DNA from: Pseudomonadota bacterium
Lineage (GTDB): Bacteria; Myxococcota_A; Polyangia; Polyangiales; JAFGIB01
DNA length: 64,000 nucleotides
Direction: 5' to 3'
Assembly: GCA_017881185.1 (NCBI GenBank)
Contig: JADGRE010000003.1
Location: 344-64,343, forward strand
Below, one piece after another: positions 28,172 to 38,291 of this stretch. Both the position numbers and the translations under genes were made by a program. The notes beneath the pieces are model-generated. The model did not search any database, was not told where the DNA came from, and was given only the letters and a program-made list of their open reading frames with translations. The stretch's first letter is position 1; each line of letters opens with the position of its first letter.

Positions 28172-29856
28172 GGCTCCCCCCAGCTCCGGTAGCGAATACC
28201 CATGGTCAGCTGGACACCCCCACTGTCGTGCCGATCGCCCAGCTCGTTGGCGAGCACCGGCACGTACGCGTAGCTGAGTTGCGTGGTAAAGCCAAAGTGT
28301 CGCCAGGGCATGTAGAACACGCCCGCCGTGGCTGCCAGTTGTGGGCCGAAGCGGTCTTCCCCGTGGCCTTTGAGCGAGCTGTGCGCGTAGCCGAGGCCGC
28401 CGCCGAGCTGACCGTACAGCCGCAGGTGATCGTGGAACAGGTCGCCGTGCGCGCGCAGCTGCAAACCCAGCGCGTAGCTCGACCAGCTGAAGTGTTCGCG
28501 CACGTCCTGGCTTGCGGTGGAGAGCAAGTCACGCTGATAGCTGGCGTTGTCGAAGTTACGTAGGTCCGCGACGGCGCTCAGGTGTGGCAGGAACTGACGC
28601 GAGACCGCGAGCCACAGGCGCAGTGGTGTGCCGCCGCCCAGCACCTGCTCGGAGAAACCGAAGTCTTGCAGTCGTCGCGTGTAGGCGTCATGCAGCGTGT
28701 CGCCGAGACCGAAGTTGAGCTCCACGCCCCAGCGTTCCTGCCGAGGCTTCGCGGGTGGCTCGGTGCCCAGGTAACCCTTGGCACGCGCTTGCGCTGGTGA
28801 CAGGGCGTGGCACCCGCTCGGCAGCACCCGCGTGACCTGGCCGTCTTGCAGTTGAAGCGGACACTCCGAGATGAGCTCGCCCGCTCGTAACAGCAGGTTG
28901 TAGACGCCCGCCGGCAGCGCCAGGCGCAGCGGCGCACCGGCCACTTTGTGCAGCTCTGCGAGCACGCTGCCCGCATGCTCGACCAGTGCATCGGTCGCCA
29001 GCTCGGCCGGCAGCTCGAGCTGTGCGCTGGCTTCGGCGGGGTAGGTGAGGGGCACTTCGCCTTGCCCGGTGAGCGCCGTCTCTAGCGTGACATGCTGCTC
29101 GCCCACCGCGGTGCGCGCCGTGGTGGAGAGCGTGTGGTCGTACGCGTATTGATAGGCCTCGGCGAGCGACACCACGCCGCTGCCATCGCGGTCGCCCGCG
29201 CCCCGTAGCGCAACCACGAGATGATGCGTGAAGTACGAGCCGTGCAGGGTCTCCGACTCCTGACTGAGCTCACTGCCCGTGCTCGACGCCATCACCGCGA
29301 CGCCCTGCGTCTGCAAGCGACTCACTGAGTTGTACGAGAAGTCCGCCGCAGGCTCGGCGCCTTTCACGCGCGAGAACGCGCCGCTCTGACAGGCATCGAG
29401 CACGATCAGCGTCAGCGTGGTGGGCAGCTGCAGCAAACGCTCGCGCAGCTCCGCGAGCGGCAGCTCTTCGGCACCCAGGTGCAGCGCGCTCGCCTTGGCG
29501 TGACCCGAGTAATAGAAGACCAGCTGCGCCTGTTCGCCACGCGCGTGCAGCGCGCGTAACTCGTCACCGAGGCTCTGCAGCTGCGCGAGCAGCTGTGCCT
29601 TGCCCACGCCCAAGAGCACGTGCGTGCGCTCCTTCGGCAGCCGGCCAAGCTCGGTGAGCACCTCGGCGACGCGCTGGGCGTCCGCCTGCGCATAGTGCAG
29701 CGGCGCCTGACCTTCGCCGCCGGCATTCTCTCCGACGAGCAATGCGTAGGTATTCGCCACCGGTCCCGCGCGCACCACTTCTTGTTCTTGCGCGCCGGCA
29801 GCCGCCGCCCACAGCAGCACGCACGACAGGGGTATCAGCTGAAGTCGCAAGTGCAC
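28168..29856 (-). CDS. secreted caspase-like cysteine peptidase (C14 family) with C-terminal putative beta-barrel
   Basis: The catalytic dyad context is QLVFYYSGHA (His) and LTLIVLDACQSGAF (Cys). The signal peptide is HLRLQLIPLSCVLLWAAAAGA|QE. GTG 29856 has GGAG 9 nt upstream, and the longest ORF extends to 29925. The last ~200 aa show alternating beta-strand patterns (WGVELNFGLGD, YALGLQLRAHG, LRLYGQLGGGLGYAHS, FGFTTQLSYAYVPV, GVQLTMGIRY). Confidence 0.8.
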   Translation of the reverse strand: MHLRLQLIPLSCVLLWAAAAGAQEQEVVRAGPVANTYALLVGENAGGEGQAPLHYAQADAQRVAEVLTELGRLPKERTHVLLGVGKAQLLAQLQSLGDELRALHARGEQAQLVFYYSGHAKASALHLGAEELPLAELRERLLQLPTTLTLIVLDACQSGAFSRVKGAEPAADFSYNSVSRLQTQGVAVMASSTGSELSQESETLHGSYFTHHLVVALRGAGDRDGSGVVSLAEAYQYAYDHTLSTTARTAVGEQHVTLETALTGQGEVPLTYPAEASAQLELPAELATDALVEHAGSVLAELHKVAGAPLRLALPAGVYNLLLRAGELISECPLQLQDGQVTRVLPSGCHALSPAQARAKGYLGTEPPAKPRQERWGVELNFGLGDTLHDAYTRRLQDFGFSEQVLGGGTPLRLWLAVSRQFLPHLSAVADLRNFDNASYQRDLLSTASQDVREHFSWSSYALGLQLRAHGDLFHDHLRLYGQLGGGLGYAHSSLKGHGEDRFGPQLAATAGVFYMPWRHFGFTTQLSYAYVPVLANELGDRHDSGGVQLTMGIRYRSWGEP

Positions 29857-30020
29857 GGGTCTCGTCTCCGGGGTGGTCCCTGAGTTAACGCGCAACCCGG
29901 CCGGCATGGGAACTCGGTCGCGCACGAATTGTCGGGTTGGCGCGGAGGATCGGGGCGAACGGTGCCTCGGGGACGGCTGGGTGGGTGCCCGGGGATCTGA
30001 TCATTCGTCAACCTGCAGGG

Positions 30021-30142
30021 GCGTGTTGGGAGGGCGGGTCGCTCCCGGGCTCGCGAGAGTGTCCTCGGCACCACCGCCGCGGCACCTGAAACCTCCCGGG
30101 CCTGCGAAACGAGCCCGGGAGCGACCCGCCCTCCCAACACGC
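30021..30142. repeat. perfect 33-bp inverted repeat (30021-30053 / 30110-30142) with 56-nt spacer
   Basis: Verified base by base. GCGTGTTGGGAGGGCGGGTCGCTCCCGGGCTCG is the exact reverse complement of CGAGCCCGGGAGCGACCCGCCCTCCCAACACGC. It is intergenic, between the lipoprotein gene (30367-31542) and the caspase operon. Confidence 0.95.
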
Positions 30143-30366
30143 TCCAGTAGCAATGTCGCCGTCAGCGTGACCGACGGTGGCTTGCGCATCGGCGTCAGTC
30201 ACTGCGAGTAACCGTGTCGTCGTCGTCACACGACAACACGCGTTGCGAGCCGTCGCGCCGTCTACTCACTCAGCATGACATTGAAGCGCTTGGGGTCGGC
30301 AGGTTGTGATGAATGCCCCGCCGGGGGTGGCGCACTCCCGGTCCGCTGTCGATCGACCCCGCGCGC

Positions 30367-31542
30367 TCAGAAGCTGGGTGGTTTCGTGGATGGCTCCGAC
30401 CAGAGCCAGCGCCCACCGGTGTGGCCGAGCTCGACGCTGAAGCGAGTCTGGCCCGCCGCGTTGCGTAGCGCGGTACCGTCTGCCGCCGAAGCGATGCCTG
30501 CGGTGATGCTGACTCGCTCGATTGCGGTCGCCGGGACCGGTGGGTCGCAGCGCAGCTGGAGCATTTCGGCGGCTTGCTGCGACGGGTCGTTGAGCACACA
30601 GGTCGTGGGCACGCCATCGGCGGTCACCGCGATCGGCAGTGGCTTCGGGAGGTGCACCGCCTCGGAGAAGGTGAGAATCAGCTTCGGCAGCAGCGCCGCG
30701 GACGTCGATGGATACGCCTCGACCGCGAGCAGGTACGGCGCGCTGCCGACGCGGAAGTAGCTCTCGTACTTGCCGTCGCTGGGCAGCGGTGCCTGGGCGA
30801 TCTGTACGTTCGCGGACGCAGGCAGGGACAAGCGCAGCGCGTACCACCCGGTCTGCAGCGGACGGCTGGGTGTGAGGGCATACGCGAGGCTGTCACCAGC
30901 GTTTCCAGCTGTCGCGACGCCTGCATCGTCCGGCGTCGCATCGAGCTGGCCTTGCCCCGGAACCAGCACGTCGTCCGGGTACGTGCGCAGCTGCAACGAT
31001 CCGTTGAAAACACTGCGATCGGTGGTCCAGCCAGAAACCAGCAGACTCGGCCGCACGCTCACGTCCTGCCCGGTGCTCCAAGGGCTCGGCGAGAGCTCGA
31101 TCTGCGCGAAGGACGGGGCCATGCCGCAGTACTGATCGGAAGGCAGCTGGTGCAGCGCACAACGGCCAGCGCTGCAGGTGGCCGCGAACACCGGTCCGTC
31201 GCACTCCTGACTCGAATGGCAGCTGTGCTCATAGAAGACGTTGTTGCGCATCGTCAGCAGCGTAGCAGCGGCTGCCTGATTGACCGTCACCCAGTCGACC
31301 GAGCAGTCGCAGCCGTCCAACACGGCGCAATCCGCGTCGCGTGTGCACGCCTGATGCGCCGTGACGTAGCTGTCGTAAGCGGCGAGCAGCGCCGGGCACT
31401 GTCCATCGGAGCCATCGACGGTCGCGTCCGTAGCCGCGTCTGCTTTTGGCTTGCCACCGGAAGGCCCACCATCCGACATCGTGTGCTCCGAGCTGGTGCA
31501 AGCCGCCAGCAGCAGTGAAAGAAGCAGTACGCGCCGAAGCAT
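30367..31542 (-). CDS. hypothetical lipoprotein (Cys-rich N-terminal module + Ig-like/beta-rich C-terminal region)
   Basis: MLRRVLLLSLLLAAC|TSS is a signal peptide plus lipobox. The N-terminal part has 12 Cys (QCPALL...CTRDADCAVLDGCDCS...CHSSQECDG...CSAGRCA). I recognise no family. Confidence 0.7.
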   Translation of the reverse strand: MLRRVLLLSLLLAACTSSEHTMSDGGPSGGKPKADAATDATVDGSDGQCPALLAAYDSYVTAHQACTRDADCAVLDGCDCSVDWVTVNQAAAATLLTMRNNVFYEHSCHSSQECDGPVFAATCSAGRCALHQLPSDQYCGMAPSFAQIELSPSPWSTGQDVSVRPSLLVSGWTTDRSVFNGSLQLRTYPDDVLVPGQGQLDATPDDAGVATAGNAGDSLAYALTPSRPLQTGWYALRLSLPASANVQIAQAPLPSDGKYESYFRVGSAPYLLAVEAYPSTSAALLPKLILTFSEAVHLPKPLPIAVTADGVPTTCVLNDPSQQAAEMLQLRCDPPVPATAIERVSITAGIASAADGTALRNAAGQTRFSVELGHTGGRWLWSEPSTKPPSF

Positions 31543-31761
31543 GTGACCCCCGTTCGTGCGCAGGTGACAGCGCCCGCCCGTCTACACTACCCCCGCAGCA
31601 ACGCTTGTCACGCGCGCAGCTCACGACGCCCCTGCCCGAGCCACCGTCCCTCGGGCCCCGTTCGCCACCACCCCTCCCGCGCTCTGCCCATCCCCCGGGC
31701 CGGCATTGGCGTTTGGGCTTAGGCTAGGGTAGACAGCCGTCCTCGGCTGAGCCCTCCCGCC

Positions 31762-34410
<2,649 letters not shown>

Positions 34411-34558
34411 GCGGTCCCCAAGGTAGGCGCACGCAAGCCTGCTTATACCAACCAGCTGCGGCGGGTGCACTGAGCGCGGTTGCAGCCCCAGCGGAACGCG
34501 CGGCGGATCGGGGGCCTTGGACAGACCGGTGTGCGATTTGCGATGATACGCAGCAGCC

Positions 34559-35335
34559 ATGACTGAACCCCTTGCTCAGGTCGACACTGCGCTCGCTGCG
34601 CTCGGCAGCGTGCCCCAAGACTTGCCCGCGCTGATCGCGCGCTACGCAGGGTCCGAGCGCGGGCTGGCCCAGGTGGACCGCGTGCTCGAAGCGCTCGGCA
34701 AGAACGTCGCGGCGCCGTCGAACCTGGCGCCCACGCTCATCGGTATCGAAGTGCCGGCGGGGCTCTCGGTGGGACTCTCGGCGGCGCCCTCGGCGGGAAC
34801 GGCGTCCGGCTCGGAGGCCAACGAGCAGCGCGCGGCCGCAGAGGCTGCGAGCGTAGAATGGGCGATGGACGTGCCAGCGGCTGCCGCTGCGGCGGGAGCC
34901 ACTGAGCTGGTCAGCGCGCCCTCGCCAGTTGCGGCGTTCCCCTGGGACAGCATTCCACCGGCTCGCGCGCGTCAGGCGGCGGGGCCGAGCGCCCATCGCA
35001 GCTCACCGCCCCAAGAGCGCGCACAGCTCGGCCTGGCTGGTGCGGCAGTTGCGGCAGCTGCAACAGACAAGCACGCCGTCGCTCGCGAGCCGACGCCGTC
35101 AGCTGCAGATGCCGCAGATGAGCTGTTGGATCCCAAGCGCGATACCCTCGAAGATGCATCCGTCGTCGCGGCGGCTCCGCCCGAGCCGCAGCCGGCTGCG
35201 GCCGCGACGGCGCCCGCCACCGGCGACGACGACGAATTCGAGATCATGGTCGACGACGATCTGCTCGAGATCGCCGAAGACGACGTGATGATCGTCGACG
35301 AAAACGCCGAGCAAGACGCCACGGACGACCAGTAG
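34559..35335 (+). CDS. hypothetical Ala/Pro-rich, probably disordered protein with strongly acidic C-terminus
   Basis: The ATG ORF is 258 aa with GC-rich third positions. It ends in DDDEFEIMVDDDLLEIAEDDVMIVDENAEQDATDDQ. I recognise no family. It ends 5 bp from the convergent FHIPEP gene. Confidence 0.45.
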   Translation: MTEPLAQVDTALAALGSVPQDLPALIARYAGSERGLAQVDRVLEALGKNVAAPSNLAPTLIGIEVPAGLSVGLSAAPSAGTASGSEANEQRAAAEAASVEWAMDVPAAAAAAGATELVSAPSPVAAFPWDSIPPARARQAAGPSAHRSSPPQERAQLGLAGAAVAAAATDKHAVAREPTPSAADAADELLDPKRDTLEDASVVAAAPPEPQPAAAATAPATGDDDEFEIMVDDDLLEIAEDDVMIVDENAEQDATDDQ

Positions 35336-35340
35336 AGAGA

Positions 35341-37263
35341 TCAGCCGACGGAGATCGGCTCGCGCTCTTCGATCGTCGCACCCTTGGGCAGCTCGCTGTA
35401 ACTGAGCACGGCGGCAGACGGTAGCTCGGCAGCGAGTAGCTCGCGCACGAAGCGCCGCAGGTCGGGCTGGGTGACGAGCACGGGCGGTGCCGGGTGCTTC
35501 TGGGTCGCGCGTCGCACCGAGGCCACGATGTCGCGGGCCAGATCGGGCTGCAGCGCCAGGTAACGCTCGCGGCCGCTGTGCTGCACCGCGTCGCGCACGG
35601 CGTCTTCGATCAGCGGATCGAGGCGGTGTACGCACAGCACCCCGTCGGTCTCGTGCTGCTGGGCGATGGGCTCGCGCAACGCGTGGCGCACCAGCTCGAG
35701 CAAGGCGTGCTCGTCGGGCTCGGGGCTCGGGCGCGCGTTGCCGAGCGCTTCGAGGATGCGCCCGAGCGGGCGGATGCTCACGCCTTCGTCGAGCAGCGCG
35801 CGCAAGAGGCGCGTCAAGAGCGAGAGCGAGATGGGCTTGGGCACCACGCTGTTTACGAGCGCCGGGCTGTGCGTGTGCAGCGCGTCGAGCAAGCGCTTGA
35901 CGTCGTCCAGACGCAAGAGCTCGCCAGCGCGCGCCGAGAGCAGCTCGGGCAAGTCGGCTTGCAGTACGCCGAGCAAGCGCGTGGGGTCGCTGGCCTCGCC
36001 GCGCAGCACGATGACTTCCGATAAGCGCACGGCGTAGCCGCTGCTGGGCAGACCGGCGTCGGTCGACACGCGCGCCAGCTGCACGCTCACGCCTAGGCGA
36101 GTTTGCAGCTGATGGCTGCAGCGCGCAAAGACCGCGTGCAACGCCTGGGCGCTGTCCGCGGCGCGCAGCTGCGCAGCCAGCGCCGCGCCGAGCTCCACGC
36201 CGAGCACTGCGCCCGCACTGCCTTGCGCCATGTCTTGGCTGGCCTTGCGCTGCGCGCGTGCTTGCACGAAAAGCACCCGCGCTGCCGCCGCCAACAGCGC
36301 GCCCAGCACCAGGAAGGGCACCGCCGGCAACCCAGGCACGAGCCCCAGCAAGAGCAGAAACACGGCGCCCGCCGCGAGCACCCGCGGGTTGCCGAGCAGC
36401 TGTTGCGCGATGTCGTCACCGAGCGAGGCGCCTGGTTCGCGTGAGGCGACGCGCGTGACCACCAAGCCCGCCGCGGTGGAGATCACCAGCGAGGGAATCT
36501 GCGAGACCAAGCCGTCGCCGATGGTCAGGAGGCCATAGGTGCGAACGCTCTGCGCGAACGACAGCCCGCGCATGCCCACGCCGATGGCCGCGCCTGCCAG
36601 CAGCGAGATCAGCGCGATGGCGATGCCGGCGATGGCGTCGCCCTTCACGAATTTCATCGCGCCATCCATCGCGCCGTAGAACTGACTCTCACGCTCCAAG
36701 AGCGCGCGGCGTTCGCGCGCGGCGTCGATGCCCAGTGCGCCGGCGCGCAGGTCGGCGTCGATGGCCATCTGCTTGCCGGGCATGGCGTCGAGCGTGAAGC
36801 GCGCGCCCACTTCGGCGACGCGCTCGCCACCCTTGGCCACGACCAGGTATTGGATGATGGTGAGAATCAGGAACACCACCGCGCCCACCACGTAGTTGCC
36901 GCGCACCACGAAGTGACCGAACGCCGAGATCACGCGGCCCGCGTCGGCCTGCAGCAAGATGAGCCGCGTCGACGACACGTTGAGCGCCAGCCGGTACAGC
37001 GTGGTGATGAGCAACACCGTGGGCATGGTGGTGAACGCCAGACCCTGCGGCACGTACATCGCGGTCAGCAGCACCAGCACCCCGAGGCCCAGGTTGCCCG
37101 CGATGAGCAAGTCGAGCGCCCAGGTGGGCAGCGGCACGATCATCATGCCGACGATGCAGATGAGCAGAAGTGCGAGCGCCGCGTCAGGGTAGGGGCTGCG
37201 TGCCCGCGTTTGCGAAGAGCTAGCGTTCGTCATTCTCGTTCCCCCGTCCCCCATGCCCCGCAC
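35341..37263 (-). CDS. sctV: FHIPEP-family export gate protein (SctV/FlhA homologue)
   Basis: The canonical FHIPEP block GERVAEVGARFTLDAMPGKQMAIDADLRAG and KFVKGDAIAGI are present, with about 8 N-terminal TM segments and a ~300-aa cytoplasmic C-terminal domain. Possible starts are GTG 37263, ATG 37254 and ATG 37233. It lies 6 bp downstream of recR on the same strand. Confidence 0.9.
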   Translation of the reverse strand: MRGMGDGGTRMTNASSSQTRARSPYPDAALALLLICIVGMMIVPLPTWALDLLIAGNLGLGVLVLLTAMYVPQGLAFTTMPTVLLITTLYRLALNVSSTRLILLQADAGRVISAFGHFVVRGNYVVGAVVFLILTIIQYLVVAKGGERVAEVGARFTLDAMPGKQMAIDADLRAGALGIDAARERRALLERESQFYGAMDGAMKFVKGDAIAGIAIALISLLAGAAIGVGMRGLSFAQSVRTYGLLTIGDGLVSQIPSLVISTAAGLVVTRVASREPGASLGDDIAQQLLGNPRVLAAGAVFLLLLGLVPGLPAVPFLVLGALLAAAARVLFVQARAQRKASQDMAQGSAGAVLGVELGAALAAQLRAADSAQALHAVFARCSHQLQTRLGVSVQLARVSTDAGLPSSGYAVRLSEVIVLRGEASDPTRLLGVLQADLPELLSARAGELLRLDDVKRLLDALHTHSPALVNSVVPKPISLSLLTRLLRALLDEGVSIRPLGRILEALGNARPSPEPDEHALLELVRHALREPIAQQHETDGVLCVHRLDPLIEDAVRDAVQHSGRERYLALQPDLARDIVASVRRATQKHPAPPVLVTQPDLRRFVRELLAAELPSAAVLSYSELPKGATIEEREPISVG

Positions 37264-37269
37264 CGCAGC

Positions 37270-37860
37270 TCAGAGCTCGCGGCGCCCGTCGAGCGCACGC
37301 GCCAGCGTGACCTGGTCGGTGTACTCCAGCTCGCCGCCGTGTGGCAGGCCACTGGCGATGCGCGTGCATTTTACGCCCAGAGGCCGTAGCTCTTGCGCCA
37401 GATACAGCGCGGTGGCTTCGCCCTCGACGCTCAGCGGCGTCGCGATGATCACTTCGCTCAAGCTTTCGTTCTTCACGCGCGCCAAGAGCGGCGGCAAGTC
37501 GAGCGCCTCGGGGCCCACGCCGTCGAGCGGAGACAAGAGCGCGTGCAGCACGTAGTAGCGACCACGAAAACCGCCGCCGCGCTCCAGCGCCGCGAGGTCT
37601 TGAGGGCGCGCGACCACGCACAGCACGCTGCTGTCGCGCGCAACGTCGGCGCAGATGCGACACACGCTGTCGGTCGTGTAGTTCTTGCAACGCTCGCAGC
37701 GCCGCACCCGCGCGTGGATGGTCGACAGTCCCTGCGCCAGGGCCTGCGCGTACTCTGGCGGCGCTTGCAGCACGTGGTACGCCAGGCGTGCCGCCGTGCG
37801 CTCGCCGATGCCCGGTAAGCGCGACAGAAGACTCGTCAGCTCCGCGATCGGATCGGCCAT
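37270..37860 (-). CDS. recR: recombination protein RecR
   Basis: It has an HhH motif (LSRLPGIGERTAARLAYH), a Cys4 motif (CERCKNYTTDSVCRIC) and a Toprim domain (VVARPQDLAALE...VIIATP). Confidence 0.95.
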   Translation of the reverse strand: MADPIAELTSLLSRLPGIGERTAARLAYHVLQAPPEYAQALAQGLSTIHARVRRCERCKNYTTDSVCRICADVARDSSVLCVVARPQDLAALERGGGFRGRYYVLHALLSPLDGVGPEALDLPPLLARVKNESLSEVIIATPLSVEGEATALYLAQELRPLGVKCTRIASGLPHGGELEYTDQVTLARALDGRREL

Positions 37861-37890
37861 AGGGTTGTCGTGTTCAGACCACCGCGCGTG

Positions 37891-38211
37891 TCAGACCAGA
37901 CCCGGGATCTGCAAGCCTCCGGTGACCTTCTCGATCTCGGCCTCGACCATCTCGGTGCTCTTGGCGATGCCCGCGTTCACGGCGGCCACGATCAAGTCCT
38001 GCACCATGCTCAGGTCTTCTTGCTTGAGCAGCTCGGGCGCGATCGTGATGCTGACCAGCTCGTGCGCGCCGTTGATGACCACCTTGACCTGGTCGTTGCC
38101 TGCACTGGCTTCGACGGTCTCGGCCTTCAGCTCGTCCTTGCGCGTGGCTACCTTGCGTTGCAGGCGGCTGGCCTGGCGCATGAGCTCGCTCATTCCACCG
38201 CGAAACTTCAT
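37891..38211 (-). CDS. ybaB: nucleoid-associated protein YbaB/EbfC
   Basis: ATG 38211 gives a 106-aa protein: MKFRGGMSELMRQASRLQRKV...VEASAGNDQVKVVINGAHELVSITIAPELL...DLIVAAVNAG. The longer track ORF start at 38295 is rejected on family length. Confidence 0.9.
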   Translation of the reverse strand: MKFRGGMSELMRQASRLQRKVATRKDELKAETVEASAGNDQVKVVINGAHELVSITIAPELLKQEDLSMVQDLIVAAVNAGIAKSTEMVEAEIEKVTGGLQIPGLV

Positions 38212-38291
38212 GGTCGCTCCTGGTTGGAGAATTTGGTTGGAGAATTGGTTAGTGAGTTGGTTGGACAGTTGCGCAAGCACACTCGCAGAGC

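Noticed and set aside
29909-29934. An ECF-type promoter-like string GGAAC-N17-GTCG on the plus strand, pointing into the 33-bp inverted-repeat region.
   Set aside because: The motif is short and degenerate. It lies on the strand opposite the ECF operon and within the longest version of the caspase ORF, and there is no plus-strand gene downstream. I could not identify a convincing ECF promoter on the correct strand either.
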